64,000 nt of DNA from Pseudomonadota bacterium (GCA_021821365.1 JAKACN010000001.1:1623-65622), one strand, 5' to 3'. Positions 34,800-46,411 are shown, counted from the stretch's first letter. The notes: generated by a model not told the origin, from the sequence alone. Numbers and translations are program-made.

Positions 34800-37001
34800 A
34801 TGAACCGGTCCCCAGCATTTCCCCCTTCGCAACGCCTGCTACGCATCCTGACCGCCGCCATTGCGGCAGCGTCGATGCCGACGCTTGCTTCGGCGCAAAC
34901 AGCGGCGAAATCCTCGCTGGCAAAAGACAAGGACCAACCGGCAACGATCAGCGCCGAACAGATGACGGGCAGGCCGGACCGGGAAGTGCATCTGGAGCGG
35001 GATGTCGAAATCACACGCGGTTCGACTGTCATCAATGCCGATCGGGCAACCTATCGCGTTCCCGAGGACCAGGTCGAAGCGGAGGGACATATCCGCATGC
35101 GCCGCGACGGGGACCGCTACACGGGGGACGAACTCAAGCTCAAGATGGAAGCGCAGGAAGGCTATGTGCTGCATCCGACCTACCGGCTGGAGAAAAACAA
35201 CGCGCAGGGCAAGGCGGAGCGCCTCGATTTCGAAGGGGAGGACCGCGCATCCGTGATCGAGGGTTCCTACAGTACCTGCGAAGGGCCGGACCCGGACTGG
35301 TACCTGAAATCGAGCAAGCTCGATCTGGATGCCGAGCGCGACGAAGGCTACGCGCACCGCACCACGGTGTATTTCAAGGATGTTCCGATCCTGCTTGCGC
35401 CGGGCATGTCGTTTCCGCTGTCGGACGCGCGCAAGACCGGCCTCCTGCCGCCGACCATCGGCACCACCAACAAGGGTGGCCTCGAACTTACGCTGCCTTA
35501 TTATTTCAATATTGCGCCCAACCGGGATTTCACGCTCTATCCGAAGCTGTATGCGCGGCGCGGCCTGCAACTCGGCGCGGAGGCGCGCTATCTCGGCCAG
35601 GGCTATGCCGGCGAAACCAGGGCCGAGGTGTTGCAGAACGACCAGATCACCAAGACCAACCGCTACGCGATCTCGTCCACCCACTCGCAGACGCTGGCGC
35701 CCGGCTGGAGTTTTGGATGGAACGTCAACAGCGCGTCCGATAACGATTATCCGAGCGATTTTTCGCGCACCATCACCACCGCATCGCAGCGCCTGCTGCT
35801 GCGCGACGTCGCGCTCAACTATGGGGCAAGCTTCTGGAACGCGACGCTGCGCACTTCCAACTTCCAGGTCCTGCAGGACCCGGTCGTGCCGATCACGCAT
35901 CCTTACGACCGCATGCCGCAACTAAGCGTCCATGCGGGCCGTCTCGATGTCAACGGCTACGACTGGACTGCCGATTCGGAACTGACGCGTTTCACCCATC
36001 CGAATTCCGGCTTTGTGCAGGGCGACCGCTTCTTCGTGAATCCGCGCATTGCCTATCCGATCATCCAGCCCGGTTATTTCTTCACGCCGAAGCTGTCCCT
36101 GCACGCAACCAAATACAGCCTGCAGAATCCAACACCGGGTGCGTCGAGCGACCTGTCGCGCGTGCTGCCGACCATATCGATGGACGGCGGGCTGATCTTC
36201 GAGCGCGATGCCAGCTTTTTCGGCAACGCCATGACCCAGACGCTGGAACCGCGGCTGTTCTACGTGTACACCCCGTATCGCGACCAGAGCGCATTTCCCA
36301 ATTTCGACACGGCGGAGGCCGACCTCAGCTTCGCGCAGCTGTTCAGCGAAAACCGTTTCGTCGGCAACGACCGGATCAGCGACGCCAACCAGTTGACCGC
36401 CGCGATGATCACGCGCTACATCGAACCGACCGGCGCCGAGCGCATGCGTTTCGCCATCGGCCAGCGTTTCTATTTCAGCGAGCAGAAGGTGAACCTGGGG
36501 CAGGCGCGCAACGAGAGCCGCTCGGACCTGCTGCTGTCCCTGTACGGGCAGATCAGCCCGAAACTGAGCATCGACAACAATGTCCAGTACAGCCAGTCGC
36601 TGCACTCGATGAGCCGCGCCAATTACGGCGTGCGCTGGCAGCCGAAACCGAAAAGCGTGCTCAACCTGCAATATCGCCGCGACCGCGTGAACAAGCTGGA
36701 ACAGATGGAGATGTCGGCGCAGTGGCCCTTCGCCAGCCGCTGGTACGGCGTCGCCCGTGTCAACTATTCGCTCCCCGAGAGCAAGGTGGCGGAAGGTCTG
36801 CTCGGTGTGGAATACAAGGCCGACTGCTGGGTCTTCCGCACGGTCGGCCAGCGTATCCCGACGGCGACCGGCGAGGTGACCACGGCATTGTTCTTCCAGC
36901 TCGAACTGAACGGATTGACGCGCCTCGGCTCCAACCCGCTTGACGCGCTCAGGGCCAGCATCCCTGGCTACCAGATGGTGAATCAACCCAGTAACCCTTG
37001 A
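34800..37001 (+). CDS. lptD: LPS assembly protein LptD
   Basis: OstA-like N-domain, YSTC, PYYFNIAPNRD, QTLEPRLFY, DCW; precedes surA. Confidence 0.95.
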   Translation: MNRSPAFPPSQRLLRILTAAIAAASMPTLASAQTAAKSSLAKDKDQPATISAEQMTGRPDREVHLERDVEITRGSTVINADRATYRVPEDQVEAEGHIRMRRDGDRYTGDELKLKMEAQEGYVLHPTYRLEKNNAQGKAERLDFEGEDRASVIEGSYSTCEGPDPDWYLKSSKLDLDAERDEGYAHRTTVYFKDVPILLAPGMSFPLSDARKTGLLPPTIGTTNKGGLELTLPYYFNIAPNRDFTLYPKLYARRGLQLGAEARYLGQGYAGETRAEVLQNDQITKTNRYAISSTHSQTLAPGWSFGWNVNSASDNDYPSDFSRTITTASQRLLLRDVALNYGASFWNATLRTSNFQVLQDPVVPITHPYDRMPQLSVHAGRLDVNGYDWTADSELTRFTHPNSGFVQGDRFFVNPRIAYPIIQPGYFFTPKLSLHATKYSLQNPTPGASSDLSRVLPTISMDGGLIFERDASFFGNAMTQTLEPRLFYVYTPYRDQSAFPNFDTAEADLSFAQLFSENRFVGNDRISDANQLTAAMITRYIEPTGAERMRFAIGQRFYFSEQKVNLGQARNESRSDLLLSLYGQISPKLSIDNNVQYSQSLHSMSRANYGVRWQPKPKSVLNLQYRRDRVNKLEQMEMSAQWPFASRWYGVARVNYSLPESKVAEGLLGVEYKADCWVFRTVGQRIPTATGEVTTALFFQLELNGLTRLGSNPLDALRASIPGYQMVNQPSNP

Positions 37002-38419
37002 CGAAGATGTTACCCATGAAAAATCTCCCGATCGCGCGCAAGGCCGCGCAACCCATGTCACGCATCCGGCTGGCAGTCGCCTTGTGTGCCGCGATCGGCA
37101 TGCTTCCCGGCGCCGGCGCGCAGACCAGGCCCGCGGCAAGCACGCCGGCGCAAACGGCGAAGGCACCGCGCATTTATCTTGCCGATGCCATCATCGCCGT
37201 GGTCAACAACGAGGTGATCACCCGCCAGGAACTGGTCGAACGGATGCGCCTTGTCGAGCGCCGCATGAAGAATCAGGGCATCGCCTTGCCGCCGGAACCG
37301 GAACTGCAGCGCCAGCTGCTCGAACGCATGATCGTCGACAAGGCGCAGATGCAATTGGCCAAAGAAGATGGCATTCGGGTGGACGACACCATGCTCGATC
37401 GCGCTGTCGCCCGCATCGCGGAGCAGAACAAGATGTCGTTGCCGGAATTCCGCACGCAGCTTGAGCGCGAGGGCACGCCGTTCGCGAAATTCCGTGAAGA
37501 GATCCGCGAAGAGATCATCATGCAGCGCCTGCGCGAACGCGAAGTCGACAACAAGATCCAGATCAGCGAGTCGGAAATCGACAACTATCTCGCCGCCGAA
37601 CAGAGCGCGCAGGCGCAGCAGGAGTACAACCTGTCGCATATCCTTGTGCGCATTCCCGAGAATGCCACCGCCGAGCAGATCGCCGAGCGCCGCAAGCGCG
37701 CGGAAGGCGTCTTGCAGCAAATCCAGGCGGGCGGCGACTTCGCCAAGCTGGCCGCGACGTATTCCGATGCCACCGACGCATTGAGCGGCGGCGACCTGGG
37801 CTGGCGCAATCCGGATCGCCTGCCGCAGCTGTTCGTCGACGCGATCGCGAACATGAAGCAAGGCGATATATCGCCGATCCTCAAGAGCGGCAACGGTTTC
37901 CATATCCTGAAGCTGTCCGGCAAGCGCAGCCCGAGTGTCATGAAGGGGGCCGGCGCGGCCGCCGTGCAGCAGACGCATGTGCGGCACATCCTGATCAAGG
38001 TGAACCAGATCGTGTCGCCGGCGGATGCGAAGCGCAAGCTGCTGGAGCTCAAGCAACGCCTGGACAACAATGCGGCCAAGTTCGAGGACCTGGCCAAGCT
38101 GTACTCCAATGATCTTTCCGCTTCCAAGGGCGGCGATCTCGGCTGGATCTATCCGGGCGACACTGTGCCCGAGTTCGAGCGCGCGATGGATGCGCTGCAG
38201 CCGGGCCAGGTCAGCGAGCCGATCGAATCGCCCTTCGGCTATCACCTGATCCAGGTGCTCGAACGCAAGAAGGACGACGTTTCGCCGGAGCGCCAGCGCC
38301 TGCTCGCGCGCCAGGCGATCCGCGAGCGCAAGCTGGAAGAGGCGACACAGGACTGGCTGCGCCAGCTGCGTGACCGTGCCTATGTCGAATACCGCTTCGA
38401 CGTCGGCGATGCACGCTAA
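36998..38419 (+). CDS. surA: Chaperone/PPIase SurA (start could be 37007 or 37016)
   Basis: IIAVVNNEVIT, two parvulin domains (GGDLGW), WLRQLRDRAYVE. Confidence 0.94.
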   Translation: MTKMLPMKNLPIARKAAQPMSRIRLAVALCAAIGMLPGAGAQTRPAASTPAQTAKAPRIYLADAIIAVVNNEVITRQELVERMRLVERRMKNQGIALPPEPELQRQLLERMIVDKAQMQLAKEDGIRVDDTMLDRAVARIAEQNKMSLPEFRTQLEREGTPFAKFREEIREEIIMQRLREREVDNKIQISESEIDNYLAAEQSAQAQQEYNLSHILVRIPENATAEQIAERRKRAEGVLQQIQAGGDFAKLAATYSDATDALSGGDLGWRNPDRLPQLFVDAIANMKQGDISPILKSGNGFHILKLSGKRSPSVMKGAGAAAVQQTHVRHILIKVNQIVSPADAKRKLLELKQRLDNNAAKFEDLAKLYSNDLSASKGGDLGWIYPGDTVPEFERAMDALQPGQVSEPIESPFGYHLIQVLERKKDDVSPERQRLLARQAIRERKLEEATQDWLRQLRDRAYVEYRFDVGDAR

Positions 38420-38437
38420 GCGGCCGGTGGCGCTGCC

Positions 38438-39466
38438 GTGAAGTCCAGACCGACCATCGCGATCACCTGCGGCGAGCCCGCAGGGATTGGCCCCGAGATT
38501 TCCGTCAAGGCGGCGTGGGAATTGCGCCACGCCGTCCATGCCGTGCTGATCGGAGATGCCGCGCTGCTGTCCATGACGGCAGCGGACATCGACCCCGCCA
38601 TCAGGCTGTCGGCGATCTCCACGCTCGCATTCCGCAACAGCGGGCTGCCTCATCTGCCGCAGGACAGGATCGCCGTGATAGACTGTCCGCTGCTGGAACC
38701 TGCATTACCTGGCAAGCTGGACAAGCGCAATGGCAAGGCAGTGCTGCAGACGCTGGACGTCGCGATCCGCGGCGCGATGCTGAAGCAGTTCGACGCCATC
38801 GTCACGGCGCCGCTGCAGAAGAGCACGATCAACGACGCCGGCGTACCGTTCACCGGGCATACCGAATATCTGGCTGAGAAGACCAACACGCCGCAGGTGG
38901 TCATGATGCTGGCCGGTGGCAAGCCCCTGATGCGTGTCGCGCTGGCCACCACCCACCTGCCGCTGAAAGACGTGGCGGCGGCAATCACCGTCGACGGCCT
39001 GATGCGCACCATCGAGATCGTGCATCACGACCTGCAGCGCAAGTTCGGCCTGCCGCAGCCGCGCATTCTCGTCACAGGCTTGAATCCGCACGCGGGCGAA
39101 GGCGGTTACCTCGGTCGCGAGGAAATCGACGTGATCACGCCGGTGCTGCAGGCGGTGCAGGCAAAGGGTATCGACGCGCGCGGGCCGTATCCCGCGGATA
39201 CCCTGTTCCAGCCGAAATACCTGGAGCAGGCCGACTGCGTCCTCGCGATGTATCACGACCAGGGGCTTCCGGTGCTGAAGTTCGCCAGCTTCGGTCACGG
39301 TGTCAACATCACGCTTGGCCTGCCGATCATCCGCACTTCGGTGGACCACGGTACGGCGCTCGACCTTGCGGCGGCAGGCCTCGGCCACGCCGACCATGGC
39401 AGCATGCTGGAAGCCGTCAAGGTGGCGGCGCAGATGGCGGCCGCTTCTTCTTCAGTCATTCAATGA
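38438..39466 (+). CDS. pdxA: 4-hydroxythreonine-4-phosphate dehydrogenase
   Basis: [44 protein letters not shown]. Confidence 0.96.
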   Translation: MKSRPTIAITCGEPAGIGPEISVKAAWELRHAVHAVLIGDAALLSMTAADIDPAIRLSAISTLAFRNSGLPHLPQDRIAVIDCPLLEPALPGKLDKRNGKAVLQTLDVAIRGAMLKQFDAIVTAPLQKSTINDAGVPFTGHTEYLAEKTNTPQVVMMLAGGKPLMRVALATTHLPLKDVAAAITVDGLMRTIEIVHHDLQRKFGLPQPRILVTGLNPHAGEGGYLGREEIDVITPVLQAVQAKGIDARGPYPADTLFQPKYLEQADCVLAMYHDQGLPVLKFASFGHGVNITLGLPIIRTSVDHGTALDLAAAGLGHADHGSMLEAVKVAAQMAAASSSVIQ

Positions 39467-40239
39467 AACATATCCCGCGCAAACGTTTCGGCCAGAACTT
39501 TCTGACCGACCAGGCGGTGCTGCACGACATCATCCGCGCCATCAATCCGCAGCCCGACGACACCATGGTCGAGATCGGCCCCGGCCTTGCGGCGATGACC
39601 CGCCTGCTGCTCGAATCGCTGAAGCAGTTGCACGTGGTCGAACTCGACCGCGACCTCGTCGCACGCCTAAAGAAAAGTTTCGATCCCGCGCGTCTCATCG
39701 TGCACGAAGGCGATGCGCTGCAATTCGATTTCGCATCGATTCCCGCCGCATCCGGCCGCAAGCTGCGGGTGGTGGGCAACCTGCCCTACAACATCTCCAG
39801 TCCGCTGCTGTTCCATCTCGCGCAGATCGCACCGCAGGTGCAGGACCAGCATTTCATGCTGCAGAAGGAAGTGGTGGAGCGCATGGTCGCCGAGCCCGGC
39901 AGCAAGACCTACGGCCGGCTGTCGGTGATGCTGCAGTGGCGCTATTACATGGAACTGTTGTTCGTCGTTCCGCCGACAGCGTTCGATCCGCCGCCGCAGG
40001 TCGATTCCGCCATCGTGCGCATGATCCCGCTCGCGCAGACGCTGCCCTGCGACGCGTCGACGCTGGAGCAGGTCGTGACGAAGGCCTTCTCGCAGCGGCG
40101 CAAGGTGATCCGCAACTGCGTCGCCGGCATGTTCACAGAAAATGATCTGATCGACGCCGGCATCGATCCGCAGGCGCGCCCTGAAACGGTGCCGGTCGAG
40201 CAGTTCGTTGCCTTGGCAAACCGGCTCTCGGGGTGCTGA
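39463..40239 (+). CDS. rsmA: 16S rRNA m6,2A1518/1519 dimethyltransferase
   Basis: [35 protein letters not shown]. Confidence 0.97.
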   Translation: MKHIPRKRFGQNFLTDQAVLHDIIRAINPQPDDTMVEIGPGLAAMTRLLLESLKQLHVVELDRDLVARLKKSFDPARLIVHEGDALQFDFASIPAASGRKLRVVGNLPYNISSPLLFHLAQIAPQVQDQHFMLQKEVVERMVAEPGSKTYGRLSVMLQWRYYMELLFVVPPTAFDPPPQVDSAIVRMIPLAQTLPCDASTLEQVVTKAFSQRRKVIRNCVAGMFTENDLIDAGIDPQARPETVPVEQFVALANRLSGC

Positions 40240-40245
40240 CAATTA

Positions 40246-40334
40246 TTTGTCCAGGAAAGACACGAAAAACACGAAAGACACCGAAAGAATCAGAATCGTT
40301 TTTTCGCGTTTTTTTCGTGTCTTTCGTGGACAAA
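40246..40334. repeat. Imperfect palindromic intergenic repeat (same family as 14092-14273)
   Basis: TTTGTCCAGGAAAGACACGAAAAACACGAAA...TTTTTCGTGTCTTTCGTGGACAAA between convergent rsmA and chromate transporter genes. Confidence 0.75.
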
Positions 40335-40345
40335 ATAAAACGAAC

Positions 40346-40930
40346 TTAAACCACCCCGAACCAGCCGAGCAGCGCACCCACGCCCAGCATCCAGAGCAGC
40401 GGCATCCTGGTGCGCCAGATGACCAGCGCCGCGACGGCAGTCAATAACCACAGGCGCCAGTCCGTTGACGGGTTGTTGTGGGCGCTGGTCAGGATCCAGC
40501 CCGTGGCGATCAGTAGGGCGATGACGATCGGCGCCATTCCCTGCTTGAAAGCGCGCACGGCGCGCAGGCTGCGGTTGCGATGGCCCCATTGCGCTGCAAG
40601 GAAGGTGAGCGTCGTGCTGGGCAGCATCATGCCGACCATGGTGAGCAGTACGCCGAGCAATCCCATCGGGATGCTGCCGGTGTTGATGCCGACATGCCAA
40701 CCCATCAGCGCGACGAACAGGACGTTCGGCCCCGGTGCCGCCTGGGCGAGCGCGATCGATGCGTTGAATTGCGTGTCGGTAATCCAGTGCTGTTCGTCCA
40801 CGAGATAGCGATGCATGTCGGGCGCGGTCGTGATCGCGCCGCCGACGGCCAGCAGGGACAGCGACAGGTAATGCAGGAAGAGCTGCGCCCAGTCGCTCCA
40901 CTGCATGACGAGAGACGATGCACCGCTCAT
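40346..40930 (-). CDS. Short-chain chromate transporter (CHR) subunit
   Basis: SLLAVGGA, ALAQAAPGPN. Confidence 0.88.
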   Translation of the reverse strand: MSGASSLVMQWSDWAQLFLHYLSLSLLAVGGAITTAPDMHRYLVDEQHWITDTQFNASIALAQAAPGPNVLFVALMGWHVGINTGSIPMGLLGVLLTMVGMMLPSTTLTFLAAQWGHRNRSLRAVRAFKQGMAPIVIALLIATGWILTSAHNNPSTDWRLWLLTAVAALVIWRTRMPLLWMLGVGALLGWFGVV

Positions 40931-41502
40931 GGCTTGAGCTTGCGGTAGGCCAGCACAAAGGCAATCACGCCGAGGCCGGGCAGCACATAGGCGAGCGGCC
41001 AGCGCAGCAATGCAATCGCCACGAAGCAGGCAATGCCGAGCGCGATGCAGGCCGGTAGTCCGAGCGGGCTGGTCCTGAGCGCGCCGAACAGCTTCAGACC
41101 GGTCGCCGTGATCAGACCGGCGGCGACCGCACCCATGCCGCGCAGCGCACCGGCCAGCGCGGGATGATCCGCGAAGCGCGAATAGAACAGGATCAGCAGA
41201 AGCACGATGATGAGAGGTGCCACCAGCATGCCGGCAAGCGCCGCCAGGGCGCCGGGCAGGCCGAAGTAGCGGCCGCCGATCATCAGCGACAGGTTCACCA
41301 CGTTGGGGCCGGGCATGATCTGCGCAACGGCCCATTCCTCCACGAACTCTTCGCGCGTCATCCAGCGCTTCCTCTCCACGATCTCGTGCTGCACGATGGC
41401 GAGCACGCCGCCGAAGCCTTGCAGCGCCAGCAGGGAAAAGGAAACGAACAGGTCAGTCAGCGATTCGGGGCGGGGATGGTCGGTTGTAGGCGGGGCTTCC
41501 AT
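40927..41502 (-). CDS. Short-chain chromate transporter (CHR) subunit
   Basis: ALQGFGG, AQIMPGPN; ATGA-coupled to partner. Confidence 0.88.
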   Translation of the reverse strand: MEAPPTTDHPRPESLTDLFVSFSLLALQGFGGVLAIVQHEIVERKRWMTREEFVEEWAVAQIMPGPNVVNLSLMIGGRYFGLPGALAALAGMLVAPLIIVLLLILFYSRFADHPALAGALRGMGAVAAGLITATGLKLFGALRTSPLGLPACIALGIACFVAIALLRWPLAYVLPGLGVIAFVLAYRKLKP

Positions 41503-41518
41503 GAATCGATCGGCCCTT

Positions 41519-41908
41519 TTACTCGGACTTGCGTTCGATCAGTTCGATCTTGTAGCCATCCGGGTCCTGCACGAAGGCGATAACCGTCGCTCCACCCTTG
41601 ACCGGGCCGGCCTCGCGGGTGACAACGCCGCCCTGCGCCTTCACGTTGTCGCAGGTCTTGTAAGCGTCTTCCACGGCGATCGCGATGTGGCCATATGCCG
41701 TGCCGAGATCGTACTTGTCGACGCCGTAGTTGTAGGTCAGCTCCAGTTCGGCGTGTTCCGGGTTCTTGCCATAGCCGACGAAGGCGAGCGTGTATTGCTG
41801 TTCGGGGCGGTCGGTGGTGCGCAGCAGGTTCATGCCGAGCACCTTGGTGTAGAAGTCGATGGAGCGTTGCAGGTTACCGACCCGCAGCATGGTGTGGAGA
41901 ATGTGCAT
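41519..41908 (-). CDS. gloA: Lactoylglutathione lyase (glyoxalase I)
   Basis: [33 protein letters not shown]. Confidence 0.95.
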   Translation of the reverse strand: MHILHTMLRVGNLQRSIDFYTKVLGMNLLRTTDRPEQQYTLAFVGYGKNPEHAELELTYNYGVDKYDLGTAYGHIAIAVEDAYKTCDNVKAQGGVVTREAGPVKGGATVIAFVQDPDGYKIELIERKSE

Positions 41909-41927
41909 GACTCTTTCCTGTTGTTGT

Positions 41928-42851
41928 TCAGAATATCGGCAGGGTTTCCGGCCCGCTCTCGCGCAACACGCGCTTTGCCGACTGGAATTCAGGGAACACC
42001 GATTGCACCGTGGCCCAGAAGCGCGGACTGTGGTTCATTTCGCGCAGATGCGACAGTTCGTGTGCCACGACATAATCGATCATGGGCAAGGCGAAATGGA
42101 TCAGTCGCCAGTTCAGGCGGATCCTGCCTTCGGCAGTGCAGGAGCCCCATTGCGTCGCGGCGGAAGACAGGGCGAACGACTGGTAGCTGACGCCGAGCTT
42201 TTCCGCGTAGACCGGCAGGCGTTCCGCAAAAATGCGCCTGGCTTCGGCCTGCAACCATCCTTGGACCCGATCCTTCAGCTGTTGTTCGCCGGAGTCGGGC
42301 GGCAGGCAAACCGTAAGCTCGCGTGTGTCCGCATCAAAGGCGATACCGACGGATTGCGCGGCAAGGATGCGAAGCGTGAGGTCCTCGCCAAGATAGGGCA
42401 GCTTGGCGCCATCGCACCATTGCATGTGCGGTTGCAGGCGGCGCGCCGAGCGTTCGCGCCGTTCCGTCAGCTTGGCGAAAATCCAGCGCTGCTTTTCGCG
42501 GATGGCGCTCTCGATCTCGGCTACGCTCACCCAGCGCGGCGCGGTGATTCGCAAGCCGTCGTCATCGATCAGGAAGCCGATCGAGCGGCGCCTGGAGCGC
42601 AGCAGGCGGTAATCGAGGATGTGCGCGCCGACCTGGATGCGTCGCCGTCCCTGTGGAAGAGCGGTCGAGGGTGGTGTGGCAGGCGAGGGCGTCAACTGCA
42701 GCGGCTCTCGCTGCGGGACGAAGGCCGATCCCGGCGCCTGCTGCGGCGCCGGCTGATCGATCTTCGGTTGCGATGAATGTTCGGGAGAGAAGAAGTCGAG
42801 CTGCAGCGCGAGCTGTTGTGGATCAGGCGGAGTCTGGCGTAGCAGCTTCAA
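41928..42851 (-). CDS. YgjP/DUF45-like M48 zinc metalloprotease-family protein with N-terminal extension
   Basis: [38 protein letters not shown]; TTG start. Confidence 0.85.
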   Translation of the reverse strand: MKLLRQTPPDPQQLALQLDFFSPEHSSQPKIDQPAPQQAPGSAFVPQREPLQLTPSPATPPSTALPQGRRRIQVGAHILDYRLLRSRRRSIGFLIDDDGLRITAPRWVSVAEIESAIREKQRWIFAKLTERRERSARRLQPHMQWCDGAKLPYLGEDLTLRILAAQSVGIAFDADTRELTVCLPPDSGEQQLKDRVQGWLQAEARRIFAERLPVYAEKLGVSYQSFALSSAATQWGSCTAEGRIRLNWRLIHFALPMIDYVVAHELSHLREMNHSPRFWATVQSVFPEFQSAKRVLRESGPETLPIF

Positions 42852-43608
42852 GGGAATCCGTGAGATTGTCTTTTGAATAAATTCCGGGCGAGGAAATCAC
42901 CCGCATCTCAGATTCTATCCAATTTTCAACTTGTTGCATGAGCTGTGCTGCGGTCAGGCCTTCGGGGGAGATCGGTTTGCCGATCGATACTGTGATCACC
43001 CCGGGCTTCTTGATGAAGGAATTCTTCGGCCAGCATTCGCCCGCGTTCATGGCGATGGGCACGGCCACCGTATTGGTCTCCACCGCGAGCCGCGCGCCGC
43101 CGCCCTTGTACTTGCCTTTCTTGCCGACGTGCGAGCGCGTACCTTCCGGGAACATGATGATCCACAAGCCATCCGCAAGGCGCTTTCTGCCCTGCTCGAC
43201 GACTTGCGCGAAGGCGTCGCGCGTATTGCCGCGATCGATCGGGATCATGCGCAGCAGGGCGATGCCCCAACCGAAGAAGGGAATGTACAGCAGCTCCTTC
43301 TTGAACACATAGACCAGCGGGCGCGGCATGGCGTACAGGAAGAAAATCGTCTCCCAGGCGGACTGGTGCTTGGACAGCAGGATGGCGGGCGAATCCGGCA
43401 GGTTTTCATAGCCCTTGAACTGATAACGGATGCCGCAAATCGCCTTGGCGGCCCAGATCACGAAACGGTTCCAGAACGAGGTCAGGAAATAGCGCTTCCT
43501 GTACGGAAGCGGTGCGAACAGGAAGCACATCGGCGCCCAGACCAGCGTTGCGAGGATCATCAGCAACACGAAGAGGAGCGAGCGCAGGAACGGAATGATG
43601 TTGGACAT
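42823..43608 (-). CDS. plsC: 1-acyl-sn-glycerol-3-phosphate acyltransferase
   Basis: KHQSAWET, FPEGTR motifs. Confidence 0.85.
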   Translation of the reverse strand: MSNIIPFLRSLLFVLLMILATLVWAPMCFLFAPLPYRKRYFLTSFWNRFVIWAAKAICGIRYQFKGYENLPDSPAILLSKHQSAWETIFFLYAMPRPLVYVFKKELLYIPFFGWGIALLRMIPIDRGNTRDAFAQVVEQGRKRLADGLWIIMFPEGTRSHVGKKGKYKGGGARLAVETNTVAVPIAMNAGECWPKNSFIKKPGVITVSIGKPISPEGLTAAQLMQQVENWIESEMRVISSPGIYSKDNLTDSLEAATPDSA

Positions 43609-43649
43609 CGAGTCTCCAGTCATGGCGGAAACGGTTCGGTCGGCGCGCG

Positions 43650-44210
43650 TCAGGCGGCCTCGGGAACGTCCGCATTCGTTTTTAACAGGTGGTCGACCAC
43701 GGCGGCGAGGTTGGGATAGACGGTCGTGCCCGGCGGCAGGCCGCCGGTTTCCTGTGTCTTCTTCCCCTTGCCGGTCAGGACCAGGTACGGAATGCATCCC
43801 GTCACGAAGCCGGCCTGCAGGTCGCGCAGCGAATCGCCGACCGTCGGCATGCCTTTCAGGCTGACGCCGAAGCGCTTGCCGATTTCCTGCAGCATGCCGG
43901 GCTTCGGCTTGCGGCAATCGCAGTTGTCGTCCGCCGCATGCGGGCAAAAGAAAACCGCATCGATGGTGGCGCCGACCTGCTTTGCGGCGGTATGCATCTT
44001 TTGGTGAATCGCGTTCAGCGTCACGATGTTGAACAGGCCGCGCGCGATCCCGGACTGGTTGCTGGCGACGACCACGCGATAACCGGACTGGTTCAGGCGC
44101 GCGATCGCTTCGAGCGACCCCGGAATCGGCATCCATTCATCCGGCGACTTGATGAACTTGTCGGAGTCGAAATTGATGACGCCGTCGCGGTCGAGGATGA
44201 TCAGTTTCAT
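43650..44210 (-). CDS. gmhB: D-glycero-D-manno-heptose 1,7-bisphosphate phosphatase
   Basis: LDRDGVIN, SNQSG, CPH...CDCRKPKPG. Confidence 0.94.
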   Translation of the reverse strand: MKLIILDRDGVINFDSDKFIKSPDEWMPIPGSLEAIARLNQSGYRVVVASNQSGIARGLFNIVTLNAIHQKMHTAAKQVGATIDAVFFCPHAADDNCDCRKPKPGMLQEIGKRFGVSLKGMPTVGDSLRDLQAGFVTGCIPYLVLTGKGKKTQETGGLPPGTTVYPNLAAVVDHLLKTNADVPEAA

Positions 44211-44245
44211 GTCCAAATGCTCGGTTGGTGTGGCACGTCCGGCGC

Positions 44246-46330
44246 TTACGCCGCCAGCTTCGAAATGTCCGCCACCCGGTTCATCATGCCATGCAGCCCG
44301 GATAGCAGCGCGAGACGATTGTTGCGCAATTGCTCGTCTTCTGCCATCACCATCACGTCATTGAAGAAGGCGTCGACATCGTTGCGCAGATGCGCCAGCG
44401 CTTTCAGGGTGCCGGTATAGTCGCCGTTGGCGAATGCCGCATCCACACGCGGCTTCAATTCCGTCATCGCCGCATGCAGGCCGGCTTCGGCAGCTTCCTT
44501 CAGCAAATCCTTCTGCACGGCGCCGGCAGCCGCTTCGGTCTTCTTGAGGATGTTGGTGATCCGCTTGTTGGCCGCGGCCAGCGATTCGGCTTCCGGCAGC
44601 GCGGCGAAGGCGTGCACGGCGTCGAGTCGCTCGACAATGTTGTCCAGGCGATCCGGATTTTGCGCCACCACCGCCTCGATTTCGTTCGGCGCATAGCCGC
44701 GCTCGCGCAGCAGGCCGCGCAGGCGGTCGAGCATGAAGATAAAGACTTCCGCAGTGGTGTCCTTGAAATTGGCGTTGCCGGCAAACAGCTGTGCCGCGTC
44801 GCGCAGCATGCCGTTCAGCGACAGCGGCAGGCGCTTCTCGACCAGCATGCGCAGCACGCCGAGCGCGTGGCGGCGCAATGCGAACGGGTCCTTGTCGCCG
44901 GTCGGCTGCAGGCCGATGCCCCAGATGCCAACCAGCGTTTCGAGCTTGTCGGCCAGCGCTACCACGGTGCCGGTTTGCGTCGAGGGCAAGGCGTCGCCGG
45001 CGAAGCGCGGCTGGTAATGTTCGGAGGCAGCAAGGGCGACTTCGTCATGTTCGCCGTCATGGCGGGCATAGTAGGTGCCCATGATGCCCTGCAGTTCGGG
45101 GAACTCGCCGACCATGTCGGTCAGCAGGTCGGTCTTGGCCAGCAGCGCGCCGCGCTCGGCTAGTGCGACGTCGGCATGCAATTCCTGCGCGATCTTGCCG
45201 GCCAGCGTCTTGACGCGTTCCGTGCGCTGCGCCTGCGTGCCGAGCTTGTTGTGATAGACGACGTTGGCAAGGCCCGGCAGGCGGTCGGCGAGTTTTTTCT
45301 TCTTGTCCTGCTCGAAGAAGAACTTGGCATCCGACAGGCGCGGGCGCACCACGCGCTCGTTGCCGCCGATGATGTGCTGCGGATCGGCTGTCTCCAGGTT
45401 CGAGACGATCAGGAAACGCGAACGCAGGCGGCCATTGGCATCGGTCAGCGCGAAATATTTCTGGTTGGTCTGCATCGTCAGGATCAGGCATTCCTGCGGC
45501 ACGGCCAGGAAGTTTTCCTCGAACTGGCAGGGATACACCACCGGCCATTCGACCAGCGCCGTTACCTCGTCGAGCAATGCTTCGGGCATCAGCACCTTGT
45601 CGTGACCGGCCTTCTCCAGCAATGCGGCGCGGATCTTTTCCTTGCGTGCGTTCACGGAAGGAATCACCTTGCCTTGCACCTCAAGCGTCGTTTCATACGT
45701 TTCCGCATTCGGGATCGCCAGCTCGCCTTGCGACAGGAAGCGGTGGCCCAGGGTCGAACGGCCGGCGGACAGACCGAGGATGGCCACCGGCACTACCTCG
45801 CTGCCATGCAAGGCAATCAGCTTGTGCGCCGGGCGCACGAATTGCACCGTCGAGCCGTCAGGACGCTGGTAGCTCATCACCTTGGGAATCGGCAGTTTGC
45901 CGATGATATCTTCCAGCACGGCTTCGAGGCCGCTGTGCAGGGTCGAACCGGGCGCGGTATAGGTGTAGAAGAAGCTCTCCGCCTTGCCGTCCTGCGCGCG
46001 CTCGAGGTCGCTCAGCTTGAGGTCTGGAAAGCCGAGGGCGGCAAGTTTCTTTGCCAGCGGCGGCGCGGGATTGCCTTCCTTGTCGAGGGCAACGGCGACC
46101 GGCAGCACTTTTTCGCGGATCGATTTGTCGGGCGAGTTGGGGCGCACCCTTGTGACCGACACCGCGAGCCGGCGCGGCGTGGCGAAAGCGGTAAAGGTGG
46201 AATCAGGCTCGACGAAGTCGCGTGCCTTCAGGCCGTTGAAAATGCCGGCGGCAAACGCATCGCCCAGTTTGGCCAGTGCCTTGGGCGGGAGTTCTTCGGT
46301 GAGCAGTTCGACTAACAGTGTTTGGTTCAT
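44246..46330 (-). CDS. glyS: Glycine-tRNA ligase beta subunit
   Basis: [40 protein letters not shown]. Confidence 0.96.
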   Translation of the reverse strand: MNQTLLVELLTEELPPKALAKLGDAFAAGIFNGLKARDFVEPDSTFTAFATPRRLAVSVTRVRPNSPDKSIREKVLPVAVALDKEGNPAPPLAKKLAALGFPDLKLSDLERAQDGKAESFFYTYTAPGSTLHSGLEAVLEDIIGKLPIPKVMSYQRPDGSTVQFVRPAHKLIALHGSEVVPVAILGLSAGRSTLGHRFLSQGELAIPNAETYETTLEVQGKVIPSVNARKEKIRAALLEKAGHDKVLMPEALLDEVTALVEWPVVYPCQFEENFLAVPQECLILTMQTNQKYFALTDANGRLRSRFLIVSNLETADPQHIIGGNERVVRPRLSDAKFFFEQDKKKKLADRLPGLANVVYHNKLGTQAQRTERVKTLAGKIAQELHADVALAERGALLAKTDLLTDMVGEFPELQGIMGTYYARHDGEHDEVALAASEHYQPRFAGDALPSTQTGTVVALADKLETLVGIWGIGLQPTGDKDPFALRRHALGVLRMLVEKRLPLSLNGMLRDAAQLFAGNANFKDTTAEVFIFMLDRLRGLLRERGYAPNEIEAVVAQNPDRLDNIVERLDAVHAFAALPEAESLAAANKRITNILKKTEAAAGAVQKDLLKEAAEAGLHAAMTELKPRVDAAFANGDYTGTLKALAHLRNDVDAFFNDVMVMAEDEQLRNNRLALLSGLHGMMNRVADISKLAA

Positions 46331-46411
46331 ATTCTTTGCAGTCCTGACGGCGAGGACGAAATTCAGGGTTCTATCCGGCGGCAGGTTCCCGCTGTCGCGG
46401 AAACGACGGCA

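Noticed and set aside
37058-38653. 531-aa minus-strand ORF
   Set aside because: Antisense shadow of surA
40346-41502. Split chromate transporter as a pseudogene
   Set aside because: Paired short-chain CHR genes are an established architecture; both ORFs are intact and translationally coupled
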